Positions 24,131-37,400 of a stretch of DNA of 64,000 bases are shown piece after piece. The translations under genes were made by a program, and so were the position numbers. Location of the stretch: assembly GCA_965213685.1 (NCBI GenBank), contig CBDBZY010000041.1:480001-544000 (forward strand). The letters run 5' to 3'. Within the stretch, counting starts at the first letter, position 1. Each line of letters starts with the position of its first letter. The DNA is from a bacterium (lineage in GTDB: Bacteria; UBA8248). The notes under the pieces were generated by a model. That model searched no databases and was not told the origin of the DNA. It saw only the letters and a program-made list of their open reading frames with translations.

Positions 24131-24401
24131 CCGCCTAACAGCTTGGGAACGCGCTACAACGGTGGACGCCTCGCCTGCCGGTACGCCATACTCCACCATT
24201 AGATACCTAGGGAACGTTGCTACACTGGCTGCGCCCTGCTTAGAACAGGTTAGAACAGGGCAGCCACACGTATGTAGCTACTGTAGTTAGCCGGCCGAAG
24301 GTTGTCGACATGCCTATGCACTAGCTGTCACGAAAATGTACCAGCATGTGCAGTTTCATGATCATTGGCATTACAGTTATTGAGTTTTGTTTCTTCAACC
24401 T

Positions 24402-24482
24402 GAAGAAGAAGAAGAAGAAGAAGAAGAAGAAGAAGAAGAAGAAGAAGAAGAAGAAGAAGAAGAAGAAGAAGAAGAAGAAGAA
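24402..24482. repeat. (GAA)n microsatellite
   Basis: Perfect trinucleotide run. Confidence 0.95.
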
Positions 24483-26147
24483 AAAATAATTATGAAGAAT
24501 TACAATATTGCATTTTTGCTAATATCTCATACCATATACAACATATTTTCACCAATTTCTGATTTGAGTTCCCTTTTCATCTACTCTTAACACTACTTTC
24601 TTCAAATGTGAAATGAAGTGCATAGTGAAAGTGAAAACTTAAATTTTCAAATGTACAGGGTTGATGCCGAGTGACCTGGGCAATCCCTATCAGAGAGTCG
24701 GTAGACTCTCTATGTAGGGATGGCGCCGACACGCCTATAGTGCGTGTACATAGGAAAGCCTTCTTAACTCGCGAACGCTCGCGTTCTAAGCCTTTCTGGG
24801 CCCCTAGCTATTCTATTCCAGTGGTTCTCTACCCAACAATACCCCCCAAGTAGCTAAAATGCATCCCTTGACTTACTACCAGAAAACGCTCCAAAGGTCG
24901 TTTTGTCTTTCTTCCTATTCTTCTTTTTCTTCTTCTTCTTCTTCTTAAGAGATTTCTTTGGACTAACGTATCTCAAAACTGGCTGAAGTAATCACGTAGT
25001 TCTTTCACGGATCCACTGTAATCACTACCAAGTACGATCTGTGCTAATAATGTTGTTGTCGAGTGACCTGGGCAATCCCTATATACACAGTGCTACCGCA
25101 CTGTGTGATATCGATGCCCCCACACATATAATGGTGTCTGTGCTATGCTGACCCTGGGCTATCACCTCTATACATGCAGTATGCTCATTGACCACAGAAC
25201 TTCCCTTGCTCACACCAATACTGTAATCAAAAGGAATGCAGGGAACCAGACAAGACTTCTGCACCATGATGCAATGTTCACTTCTCCCCCAAGAGACTCA
25301 CTCCTAGCACTATATTCTCCATGCTATGCACATGACTCTAATACAATGTCATTAACGCGGAAGTGTTAAGCATGTTCCCATACCATAGATATGTTCCGTG
25401 AGGTTAAATATCTATGATGATACGCACTTGAACTGAACATCTGCTCACACCTGCGATTGTTCGTGAGCTTATAGGGGGACGCTGCACGTGGAGAAAGAAC
25501 ACACACTGCAGCCGCTACTCTTTCCACACCTGAGCTGTATGGTACAGCTCACATAATTATGTGATAGCAAAATGATTATATATGTCTATAGCTACTTCAT
25601 TCTCTCACTAGACCAGACTGAAACAACTCTTAGACACGTGCAGATGTCGATAGGGGTTGAATGCTGTCACGCTGTCAACTACCTCCTTGAGTACTAGTAA
25701 TATTATGTTATACTGTATCAATGCTTACTAAGATAGTAAGAATGCGGGAGTTGTATCCCTTCCCCTTCCCCCGTATTCCTCCGCGCACGGGAAAAGTACG
25801 GCTGGCATGCGCGGCTACTCCGACCTGCATGTGGCATAACGTCACTCAGAGCACGGTGAGCAATTTGATTCTCTACCATATCTGCTAGCAATAATTGTGT
25901 AACTTCCACGATCAAGATAGCTGATGTACATGTACAGTATGTGTAAATACTAATAGTTACATGTACATGCACAGTCATACAAATTGTTCTCCAGTCCAGT
26001 GGCTACACACAGGGCAGAGGGTGAGTACAGAGAGCACCAACTAACAATGCCACACACTTTGAATGAATAACATTGTAATGATTAGCAACAGCACACATGT
26101 CAGTCCATCTCACAAAACAATTATTATGCAGTACATTTTGATAACAA

Positions 26148-26296
26148 TCATTTTGACTCCTTATACACACTCCTCCTGTACTGTCCTCTGTCTGGTACTA
26201 TGTACAGGGCAAGACTGTCAATGACTGTGGCAGTGACAGTGAGGAGACCCATCCCAGACACCAGGTGGAGGAGGAGGGTGGGCAGGGAGAACAGGC
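26148..26296 (-). pseudogene. P2X-receptor-like last exon, copy 2
   Basis: GLFSLPTLLLHLVSGMGLLTVTATVIDSLALYIVPDRGQYRRSVYKESK*, after the same acceptor as copy 1. Confidence 0.6.
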
Positions 26297-27489
26297 CTGA
26301 GGGAGGGAGGGAGGGAGGGAGGGAGGGAGGGAGGGAGGGAGAGAGAGAATGGGGAGAGAGGGGAGTGGTAGGTAATACATGTAAGGACAAGGACTGCAAG
26401 TGTGGCCATAACAACCTGATGGCACCAGAACAACAACACATCCAATATACATGAACATGTACATGCATATACATGCACATATTGTATGTGTACATGTACA
26501 TTGGAGTCATGTGCAAATGTCCTACATACTGTACATGCACATGTACAAAAGGGGTTACTGGGGGACATGGTGCTGAGCCTAAAGGAGGGAGGTAGGGAGG
26601 GAGGGAGGGAGGGAGGGAGGGAGGGAGGGAGGGAGGGAGGTAGAGAGGAGGATGGAGGGAGGGGAGGAGAAGGAAGGGGTGAAACAGTGGTACTAATTGA
26701 CAAGGCACAAGGCAGGAGGAGCACAAGGCAAGAAGAAATAAGGGCAGAATGGAGGGTGAGGAATAGGCATAATTTTGAGAATAATAGGTAGTCAAAAGAA
26801 TAGGGAAATAATTGATATGAATAATCGAAGGTTGTGTGAAAGTATAAAGTAATAAAAACACTTTGGCACCACGTTTTATTGCCCCACCCACTGCATGCCA
26901 CGCACGCATAATGAGACTCACAGACTACCCAGTATTGTGGGTAGATCAATTAATTAGTGTGCATTATTAAGAGTGTGCAGTAATGGCGGACGGAGACTGG
27001 AACCAGCCAGGTTGCAGTCTAGTGGAGGCAATGGGAAGCGTGGTGACTAGAAGCTGAAAATCAGAACTGATTTGGAGCTAGAGAGTAATTATTTTCACAG
27101 AATAATCTTTTGAAACAAAGCATAATTACAGTTTTAAGGAGAATAATAGACTAAGAATAGGGGAATAGAATAATAGGTATCAAGGCCTAATAAGGTCAGT
27201 GAAAGAGTCAACGCAAGCTCTGACTGAAGCAGGGAAAATGATTGATAGAGAAAGGAGGAAGGAATGGGAGAAGGGAGTGAGGGAGGGAGGGAGTGAGGGA
27301 GGGAGGGAGGGAGCGAGGGAGGAGGGAGGGAGCGAGGGAGGAGGGAGGGAGGAGGGAGGGAGGGAGGGAGTACATGTACAAGGTTGGGCATGTGGACCAT
27401 CTGTTAAGCTAATTTGTTGTAGTTAGTGTGTGTGTATCTTTCTAAGTTGTATGAACAAATTTTCTAAGCTACGATGTTGAAAAGATTAT

Positions 27490-27710
27490 ATTTTTCTAAG
27501 CCATAGAGGCTGTACAGATTCTATTTTTCTACGCCATAAATGATGTACAGATTCTATTTTCCTAAGCCGTGGAGGCTGTACAGATTCTATTTTTCTAAGC
27601 CGTGGAGGCTGTACAGATTCTATTTTCCTAAACCATAAATGCTGTGTACATTCTATTTTCCTAAGCCGTAGAGGCTGTACAGACTATATTTTTCTAAGCC
27701 GTTGAGGTTG
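27490..27710. repeat. ~33-bp minisatellite
   Basis: TTTTCTAAGCCGTAGAGGCTGTACAGATTCTAT, about 6-7 copies. Related units at ~28895-28985, 33140-33250 and 41280-41370. Confidence 0.8.
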
Positions 27711-28379
27711 TTGTAATTTTCTTTCTTTCTCTTTCTTTCCCTTCTCATTCTTTCTAAGTAGTGCTCTATATACTTGATTGTTCATGTACACTACATGAGT
27801 ACATGTGCATGATGTATGGGTACGCGTACGTACATGTACACATGTGCACTGCACAGTAGCTTGACCATGATGTGGCTGCCCTGCAGGAGTCTGCCAGCCT
27901 TCAGAGAGTGGTGCTGTCTACCTCACACTGTGCTCCGTGCATGAGGTGAGCCTTCTGCATTGGGGGAAGGAGGGAGGGAGGGAGGGAGGGAGGGAAGGAG
28001 GGAGGGGGAAGGAGGGAGGAGGAAGGAAGGGAGAGACAAAGGGAAGTGGGGTAGGAGGGATTGCATGTACACATGTACATGTGTTCAGGTAAACAAATGT
28101 ACACTGTTACCTCTATGTGTGGCAGTGCACTGTACCTGTACGTGGAAGGCCCTGATCAGTTGGTAGCAGCTTTCTGCCTGCATGGTCTCCACGTCAGTGC
28201 CATGGAATGAGTGGAGAGCTAAGTGCTGCACCTTACCATAGTCCTGGGAGGGAGGGAGGGAGGAAGGGAGGGAGGGAGGAAGGGAGGCAGGGAGGGAGGG
28301 AAGCAATATACAGTGCACATACTGTGATACATGTACATGTCCATGTACATGTGTCTTTCATTCTGAGTTCATTCTTATA

Positions 28380-28853
28380 CAGTAGGCATCATAAAAAAGT
28401 TTCTGTACCGTTTGCGTTCCGTTTTGCGTTGGGCAACCGTGCGGTTTGCGTAGGGTTTGCGTGGTGCTTCCGTTCCATGTACTGCCCGTTTACCGTTTGA
28501 CGACCGTTTGTCTAATTATACGTTATCGTAATTCCGGTACCCTACGAGTGCGAGTGCAAGGTACGTACTCTGTCAGGTGCTGTCAACGGTTTTCGACTAT
28601 TACACTAACGAGCGATGCTCTTCTGTCACTCCGACTGTCGGCAGTCCTTCGTGGTTCAGTGATTTCACGCGCGCGCACGCGTTGCTCTTCCGTGTTCAAA
28701 ATTTCATGAACCGTTTAGTTACCGTTTATTAGTTTGCGTTTTCCGTCCGTTCACCGTCCGTTCTCCGTCCATTTAGCGTTTGTTCTCCGTCCGTTTACCG
28801 TTCACCGAAAACAAAACGCAAACGGTACGGAAACTTTTTAATGACGCCTACTG
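28380..28853. mobile_element. TA-flanked MITE (Tc1/mariner-like)
   Basis: TA|CAGTAGGCATCATAAAAAAGTTTC ... GAAACTTTTTAATGACGCCTACTG|TA. An empty-site-like paralog (TTCTTATATGTG) lies at ~41214. Confidence 0.8.
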
Positions 28854-29120
28854 TATGTGTAGGCTTGTTGCTTTGTTTTTTTAAAAATATAGATTTTTCT
28901 AAGCCATTGAGGTTGTTGCAGATGTATATTTTTCTAAGCTGATGAGGTTGTTACATATATTTATTTTTCTAAGCCGTTGAGGTTGCTGTCTATTTTATAG
29001 TGTGTGATTCTTCTTTCTTTCTTCTCTGTTCTTTTCTTTCTTTCTTTCAAGTTGTGGTGCACTATGCACATGATTGTTCATGTATCTACATTGTAGCTTA
29101 TCCTTGTGTTGTGAAGCATA

Positions 29121-29765
29121 CAGTACACGTCAAAAAAAACTTCCCATAAACGGCCCGCTCCCGTTCCGTTCCCGTTCAATGTCCGTTCGACATCCGTTCA
29201 GTGTCCGTTCGTCGTCCGTTTGATTCCCGTTCATTTTTAATTACCGTTTAGCGCCCGTTCAAACGGGTGCTCCACGTGTTGGTGTTGGCGTACTGCCGAG
29301 GCAAGCGTGCGTTTGTAATGCCACTAGAGTACATTGGGAGCATCTCCTGGTTACCTACGAGCGGAAAACTATCCAAAAAAGCTTTGGATGCCGTCTAGCA
29401 GTGCACGGACACTCCCCTTTTAACACGCGTAGCGGTACCGTGCGTGTATTCTTGAGTGTGTGGCGGTCAAACAGGTAAGCGAGCAGCTAAGAGCGGCTCA
29501 CGTTAGTCCTCACGTCTTCAGTCTTCACCCCTGTACTGTTTCCTTCTGCTTCTTGCATTCCCCAGAGTGAAAAATAACCCGCTTACGCGTACGGACATTG
29601 GACGGTTCGAAATAAACGGAACGGGCACGGAGCGGGCAATCCCCGTTCAGAGGCCGTTTGACATCCGTTCAACATCCGTTCAGTGTCTGTTCGTTCCCCG
29701 TTTTTTTCTAAACGGGCGCCCGTTGAACGGGCCGTTTATGGGAAGTTTTTTTTTGACGCATACTG
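29121..29765. mobile_element. TA-flanked MITE with ~37-bp TIRs
   Basis: TA|CAGTACACGTCAAAAAAAACTTCCCATAAACGGCCCG ... CGGGCCGTTTATGGGAAGTTTTTTTTGACGCATACTG|TA; internal CCGTT repeats. Confidence 0.85.
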
Positions 29766-31504
29766 TACATGTAGTTGGGATGGGTGGGTGGATAGGTGTA
29801 CCATGAACACACTGTATATTATTGTAAACAATACAAAATGCTACAGGAGGGAGGGGAGGAGGTGGGGGACCTTCTTGAAGAAGAAGTGGTTGGCCAGGTG
29901 ATTGAGGACCATGGGATTGGAGGAATCGATTGTGTAGGCCTTTGAGAGAAGCTCCACACCTTTCTTGATGGAGTCATGCTGGGAGGGAGGGAGGGAGGGG
30001 TGAAATGGAGTGAGAGAGGGGGGGGGGAAGGGAAGGGAGGGAGGTGTCCACAGAGTTCCACTCACCTGTTTGCTATTCAGCTCCAGAATAGCCATGCCCA
30101 CCAGAGCACCCACACAGTGATAGTCCAGCTCCAGACACCGGTGGAACGCCATCCTGTGGGAGAGGTACAGTACATGTACACATGTACAGTACAACTCATG
30201 TGTCCCCATAAAGATTTAGATTCAGATGGGAATATTTTTAGAGAACTACATGTATGAAAAACCGGCAGCCACCCGGGATTGAACAGACAGTGGTCATGGG
30301 ACAGTTGTGATTGCATAATACTGTTCACCTCGCTTTCTCCAGATTTCCGAGCTTCACAAAACACAGTCCCATTCCCAATCTGACAGCACCTGGAATGGAA
30401 TGACAACACATTCTTATAAATACATGTACATGTACATGCACACGTGCAGTATATCCCACATCTACTGTACATGTACAGGTACAGGTACATGAACAATCAA
30501 GCACATAGAGCACTATTTATAAAGAAGGGAAAGAAAGAGAAAGAAAGAAAATCACAACATGTACATTGTACATGCAATGTATGATTACCTGGGCAGTTAG
30601 GGTTTGTACATGTATGTACAGTGTACATATACATACAATGTAGTACATGTACATGTACCTGGGCAGTTTGGGTCTGTCCTGAGAGCCTTCTTGTAGAAGA
30701 CCAGAGCTCCCTTGTAGTCCTTCTTGTTGTAAGCAATGCACGCCTTACCCAGCAGAGCTGGGATGTTCTCTGGAGACTGAGGGAGGGAGGGAGGGAGGAA
30801 GGGAGGAAGGGAGGGAGGGAGGTACGGAGGTACGGAGGTATGGAGGGAGGGAGAGAGGGAAGTGTGCAGTCCTTGTACAGTACACGTACATGTACATGTA
30901 CATGTATATGCACAGTATGGAGGTGGGTGCCTCTGGTGGTTTAATTCCCCCGGCCCACTCCTTACTACTGAGCTATGAGTTACCCCACTTATCAGGGGAG
31001 AGATACATGAACAATCACATGCATAGTGCACCACAAACAAAGAAAGCAAGCAGAGAAGAAAGAAAGAGGAACCACACACTATGAAACAAACTAAAATGCA
31101 CTGAAATGAGGGAGTGGCGAATGGAGAGAGAGGGGAGGAAGGGAGGTGAGGAGGGAGGAAGGGAGGTGAGGAGGGGGGAAGTGCAGGAGGAGAGAGAGAG
31201 AAGGTAAAGGAGAGAGAGTGGGGAGGGAGAAGCCAGGCACAAAACGTGAGTAAAATCAATTTAAGAGAGCTGTTCCCAGCACATGTGACCTCTGACCTGT
31301 GCAAAGAGCTCCTTCTTCTTCTCCCTGCTCTTCTCCCTCCTGGCCTGCTGGATGTGGTAGGCTGCCAGAGTGTCCAGGACAGTCATCTGGTCCTTCTCAC
31401 TGTCTGCATAGCTCATGTCTGCATCTGAAACAGAGATGAGGGAGGGAGGGAGGGAGGGAAGGAGGGAAGGAGGGAGGGAAGAAGGAAGGGAAGGAGGGAG
31501 AAAG

Positions 31505-31661
<157 letters not shown>

Positions 31662-31678
31662 AGACATGAAAATGTACA

Positions 31679-31765
31679 GGTAGAGCACTGACAGCTAAAG
31701 TCAGAGGCCCCCGGTTCAATCCTGGGTGGCTGCCAGTTTTTCACGGTTCTCTAAAATAATCCTGA
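31679..31765 (+). mobile_element. tRNA-derived SINE fragment
   Basis: GGTAGAGCACTG...GGTTCAATCC (B-box-like), then GGTGGCTGCCAGTTTTTCA. A related inverted fragment lies at ~30235-30285. Confidence 0.5.
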
Positions 31766-34250
31766 GCCTTTTCATCATGCACATGTACACGAGTGTGCAT
31801 GTGCCACAGCATTTGAAATAACATTTTCTTACCACTTCAAGACGCCTCCAACAGTCTGACAAATTCTTCATGTTTATTCTGCTTGTAGTAGTGGAGCTGA
31901 TGGCAGAAGGGGAGGAGGAAGAGGAGGAGGAGGAGGAGGAGGAGGAAAAGGAGGAGGAGGAGGAGGAAGAGGAGGAGGAGGAGGAGGAAAAGGATTTCCC
32001 ACCTGCCATATAAGGTAGAGGGGAGTACTCACAGCGAGCGCCACCCATGTGTGCAGAGGAGCTCTCTCATCTCTGAGGATACTGATCACCTCATCTCCCT
32101 CTGGTAGCTGGTCAATGCCCAATTCAATCACCTGGACACAGGGAAAAGCACTGCACACACAATACCAGAATGCACACACATGCATGCACACATGTACATG
32201 TATACGTGCATGTGGCTTTGTCGAAAGCCATAGTGCGCATTGAATAGAACTAGCGTCTTTCTCTCCTTCATGCTCACGCAGAGTGAAGCTCTCTGCAGAC
32301 TCACCTCGTCCGTGTCCCTGAGAGGAATCTCTATGGAGGACGCACCAGGTACGTAGCGCGTGGCCATCTCCACTCACTGCCGCAGGCAAGAGGGAGCAGA
32401 GGCTGGAGCGACGGAGCGCAGTGAGCGCTAGGTGCTTCTATTTAGAGCACATGGGAGGAGTTAGTGGTCAGCCATACTCGTGGTCGGACCAGCAAAGAGC
32501 GTGTCTCCATGCGACTGGTTGTGCGAATGGACTACGCAGGGCAGGGCAGAGAGTCACAGCAAAGGGAGATCAGTTATGAGTATGGAGCGCAGCCATTGTG
32601 GAGAGTGGTGCGGATGAAGCTTATCGGGCACGTGTCGTCCTTAGGAGCTGCGAGAGCTGATTAGAGACACTGGCCGGCTCGCTATCGCTCACAAATGGGG
32701 CACCAAGGCCCGGATGCCATGACCCTACAGCGCACTGCTCTCCACTATCACCTCATATCATACAACAGTGTTGCCCCCTTCCTCTGCTGCGTGCCTCCCT
32801 CCTTTCCCTCCCCTGTCCCCTCTTCTCCCCTCACACTCTCTCCCTCTCCTTTTCCTCCTCCTCCTCCCTCTCCTCATTCCCTTCTCTCTCTCTCACACTC
32901 ACTCACTACGGTATGCAGGACTACAATGTCCAGAGTTGGTTTGACCTGTTTATTTGGTCGTGTGACAAGGGCTAGGAACTGCACTACTTCCATCATACTC
33001 CCATCACGCAGGTAAAGAAAAAGAGAAACACAAGGTGTCACTCTCAACACTTGATCCCTCACTACATGTATATACATGTGGACCATCTGCTATTTATTCT
33101 GAGTTTTATTTTTATATGTGTAGGCTTGTTGCTTTGTTTTATTTCTAAGCCGTTGAGGTTGTTAGAGATGTCTAAGCCAGTGAAGTTGTATGTATATTAA
33201 TTTTTCTAGGCTTTTCTCCAAATATTAAGTTCTAAGCTGTTGAGGTTGTTGTGGATTTTAGTTTGTTTTATAGCGTGTGATTCTTCTTTCTTTCTCCCCT
33301 GTTCTCTTCTTTGTTTGATTGTGGTACACTATGTATGTGGTTGTTCATGAACATGTACATGTACTTCTCTTTCTCCTCCTCTTCCTCCCTCCTTCCTCCT
33401 TATTCGTTCTTCCATTCCTCCTTCCTTTCCCCTTCCCTCCTCTCTCGCTCTCTCCCTCTCTCCTGCAGAGTTGGCACTGGAGGAGACAGCACAGGGCACT
33501 AAATACTCACAGAACTGTCAGTGCCATCAAAGCCATCCTGTGAGACATGCACTGCAGTCAGAGACAATTGTCTGGAATTGCTGCACGTCTTCACCATGTA
33601 GTCACTCTATCCCCCTCTCCTCTTCCTCCTCCTCCTCCTCCTCCTCCACCCCCTCCTCCTCCTCCTCCTCCTCCTCCTCCTCCTCCTCCTCCCACTCCTC
33701 CAGATTTTTCTATCACTCACTCTCCCCCTCCCTCCTTCATGTTCTCTCTCATGTCATTATTGCTGTCTTCATCAGTCCAAACACGTGATGTCGCAATCAT
33801 TCTTATGTTCTGAACAAACTGCTTTTAATCAAAAAGTTTTAATCAAACTCTACAAAGATCACAATGCATTAATATGACAACACACACATATCAGCTAGTG
33901 TAGGATGTTGGAGTGAGTGTATATAAGTAATAATAATGCATATACATGAACACTTCATTGTATATATGAACAAGGTGTTTACTACAGCGTACAACCTAAC
34001 TACAATATGATGTACAGTGAACATGTAAACCAATATATTATTAATTATTTTAGTTATTCACAAATTAAATGTTAGGGTATAGTAATTATCAAGCCAACAC
34101 ACATAATAGGAGGTTGTAGGAGTGAAGTAACATGTAATGCATAGCAGCATACACAGATTATTCAATGTAAAATCAAATCACTGCAATAATTAGTGGTAGT
34201 TCAAATGTACAGTTGTGCACAGTGAGGTGTTATCAGAGAAGCAATCAGTG

Positions 34251-35141
34251 TTACTCTAATGATCCTACCCACACTTGCTGGGAATACTCCCTAACACCCA
34301 CCTCCCCTCCAGCCACAAGCAGTTCACCAGAGGGGAGTACTGCACAAGAGGGAGCATACATTCCCACAGGAAGCTCTCCACACTTGCTCCATTTCTTCCC
34401 TTCTGCCTCATATCTGTAGAGCTCCTTTCTCCACCCCCACCCTCCTACCTCCCTCCCTCCTACAAGTAGCAAGTGGTTCTGCAGGGCTAAGAGTGTGGGG
34501 CCACCTACTGGAGGGGATGGCAGTTCCCGCCATGTTGGGCTAGTGGTGGTGTTGTGAGTTGCGTTTGCTATCAGGGTGGGGAGGTGGGCAGAGAACAAGT
34601 GAGGCCGACCATCTCTCCAGTAATATGATGAGATGTATACGTAATCACTAATGATGACTGCTGTCATCTGCTGACCCCCCATAGGCACTGGCTGTGCACT
34701 GTACCACAGGTGAGTGGAGCAGTCCAGGACTTCTACTGTGTCCTTGTAGTCACCACATGCCACAATGAGGTATTGCTGGTAGCCCACAGCAGCTGACCAT
34801 GCTCTACCAGTTGGCATTGTTGGGTAGTGCTGAGTATTCCAGCGATGACCCTCACTGTCCCATAATTGGATAGCAGTGCTGCCTCCATGACCACCAGCTA
34901 GTAATAGCTGGTCCTTGACTGATGCCATGGCAAACAAGTACTCAGTGCTCTCTGGCAGCTGAGACCACTCACCAGTGGTAGAGTTGTATTGCACTACATC
35001 ATACCAATTCACAGTCAACCCACTTGCAATGTGGACCTGTCCCTTCAGTAACGCAGTGTAGGCATACTTGACTCCAAAGGGCAAGTCCTTCCCTCTCCTC
35101 CATTTGAGTGGGAGGGGCCATCTCAGTGGCTGGACCTGGGG
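34251..35141 (-). pseudogene. Orphan Kelch beta-propeller exon (open frame) of a kinase-Kelch paralog
   Basis: Open exon PQVQPLRWPLPLKW...LLLAGG...W...MPTGRAWSAAVGY...LLLVGG...LLVAGG. An exon-2 homolog remains at ~37307-37388, but no kinase exon lies upstream (pogo insertion at 37401). Confidence 0.75.
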
Positions 35142-35522
35142 CTGTAATGAGGTGAATGATGCAGAGAGGGAGGGATGGAGGGAGGGAGGAAGGGAGGGAT
35201 GGAGGGAAGGAGGGAGGGAGGGGGGAGGGAGGGAAAAGAGAATAGGGAGAGGAAAAGATGATGGAGGGTTCAAGGGGAGAGGGGTGAAGGAGAGGAGGGG
35301 GTGCAGGGGTATTGGAATGGGGAGAGAATGAGAGTGAGGAGAGGGAAGGAAGTGGTGAGATAAAAATTATGTACAGTCATGTGCCTAATAATTAGTTCAT
35401 CTGATGTGTACATACACTGTGCACAGGTGTGGCATGGCTGGCTAGTATTGCTGGATCGAGGCAATATCTATAGCATGGCTTCCTGCTCCATCCTGTGCCA
35501 TTGCAATACACCTCTCTGTTAA

Positions 35523-36157
35523 GGTGGCGGTTCAACCTTTCGCAAACCAAACAGTTGTTATAAAAACATAGTCTCAGTGTCGTATCGTAAACACTTTTGT
35601 AACAATATTGGTACTGTTTTAAAGCTTGAAAACTGCTCTGTCTGATTATCTACTTTATAATTGTCCACAAAGCAGCACTAGGTTAATGGAGTCCACAAAA
35701 CTGGGCTCCATAAAAATCCAAATATCTGACTTGGGACAGTTAGCAAAAATATGAAAAAATACGCTTAATTACCCCACAACTGACCTGTTTGCGGCGGGCA
35801 TGATCGTGTATTTAGCGTGTAAGTACAAGGCAGGCGCGCTAAAAGTTTGTCCGTGCTACGCGCGGGGGTCGATTAAACTTGCCGTTTTGCGCACAATTTT
35901 GTAGATCTACCGCTCATGATGCGTCGCCGCAAAGGTCTACGAGAACTCATTCGAGTGCCGTTGGTTTGGATCCGCTCCAAAATTTCAGTCCCGAGATATT
36001 TAGCATCTACGTACTTCGGTACACTCTACACACACAAGTACGCATAACGGGCCTACCACTTCAAAGGCTGCACGTGTACACGAACTATGAATCTCATTAT
36101 AACGTACTCACAACGTAATACCCGTGTGCGCGTACTACCCAAGGTTGAACCGCCACC
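35523..36157. mobile_element. TTAA-flanked MITE (Kolobok-like)
   Basis: TTAA|GGTGGCGGTTCAACCTT ... AAGGTTGAACCGCCACC|TTAA. Confidence 0.8.
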
Positions 36158-36290
36158 TTAATTAACCTAACTCCCTCCTCCCTCCTTCTTTCACCCTCCC
36201 TCACTTCCCTCCATCCTTCCTTCATCCCTCCTTTATTAACTAATGGAATACATTGTAGTGAACAGATATCCTTGTAGTATTTACATGACA

Positions 36291-36432
36291 TTGTATGAAC
36301 TGAACTAAGAGAAACTGTATGAACTGAAACTGAAATTGTATGAACTGAACTAAGAGAAACTGTATGAACTGAAATTGTATGAACTGAACTAAGAGAAACT
36401 GTATGAACTGAAATTGTATGAGAGAAACTGTA
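36291..36432. repeat. Short tandem repeat of TGTATGAACTGAA(CTAAGAGAAAC/AT)
   Basis: About 7 alternating units. The paralogous site at ~63268-63295 has a single unit. Confidence 0.8.
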
Positions 36433-36504
36433 ACTAATTCAATGGCAATTTATGCTAAACAAAATCATAATGAAAACAGGTTCATTGGCTGCATTCAAAT
36501 TTCC

Positions 36505-37245
36505 CCCTTACCCCTCCCCATTCCTCCTCCCCCCTCCTTCCTCCCTCTCTTTTCTTCCCTCCCTCTTCCCCCATTTCTCAATCCTTACATCTCCCCCACC
36601 CCTTCCCCCTCCCTCCCCCTCCCTCCCACCTCCTCCCCTCCCTTCCTCCTCTCCCCTCTCTCCCCTTCCACCCTTCCCTTTACCCTCTCCCTTCCCTCCC
36701 CCCTCCCCTCTCCCTCAACCTCCACCTCTCTTCCTCATTCTTCCCTCATACTTCCCTGCCTCTCTCACCTCACCTCTCCCCTCATTTCTTCTCATACTCC
36801 TCTCACCCTCTTCCTTTCTCCTCCCTCTCCCCCTCCCTCCCTCCCTCCCCCCCTCCCCTTTTCCCTCCCTTTACCCTCCCCCTTCCTTCCCCCCAAGGCC
36901 CCCTCCCTCCTCCCTTCCTCCCTGCCTTTCCTTTCACCCCTCCCCCTCCTCCTCCTCCCTCTCCCCCTCTCTCCCCATCCTCCCCCTCCCTCCTCCTCTC
37001 CCTTCCATTTCTCAACCTCCACCTCCCTTCCACATTCTTCTTTCCTCATACTTCCGTGTCTCTCTATTCTCTTGCCCAACTTCCCCCTCCCCCTCTCCCC
37101 CCTCTTACTTATCCCTTTCCCCTCTACCTTCTCTCTCTCTCTCCCTTGTTCACCCTCCATCCCTCTCTCGTATATACCTCCCTCCTCTTCTTGTACCTTC
37201 ATCCTTCCTTCCTCCACCTCCCTTCCACCCTCTCTCTCCTCTCCC
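36505..37245. repeat. Long polypyrimidine (C/T) low-complexity tract
   Basis: Almost only C/T on +. Similar tracts at 39540-39975 (G/A), 50750-51175 (G/A) and 62855-63215 (C/T). Confidence 0.9.
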
Positions 37246-37400
37246 ATTACACATGTTTCCAAACTACTAGAGATAGTTATCACTACATGTAAACCACCCA
37301 CTGCAGTACCTGCTCATGAGCCTTGGCCTGATTAGGAGAGCTCATCTGAGAGGGAGCTTTGGGGGCAGTCTGGAGGAAAGGATTATCACTGTGAAATGTA

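Noticed and set aside
24387-24590. Poly-Glu ORF, and the HT/CV/SL/RE dipeptide ORFs at 31261-31744, 46354-46711 and 57916-58434
   Set aside because: Microsatellite translations.
32464-33610. Divergent plus-strand gene upstream of CTR9 (duplicated at ~58990-59750)
   Set aside because: Exon-like segments exist but contain stops and I recognise no protein family, so no product could be supported.
36418-37335. Long Pro/Ser/Leu-rich or Gly/Arg/Glu-rich ORFs (also 39506-40283, 50601-51410, 62830-63278)
   Set aside because: Stop-free by-products of purine/pyrimidine low-complexity tracts.
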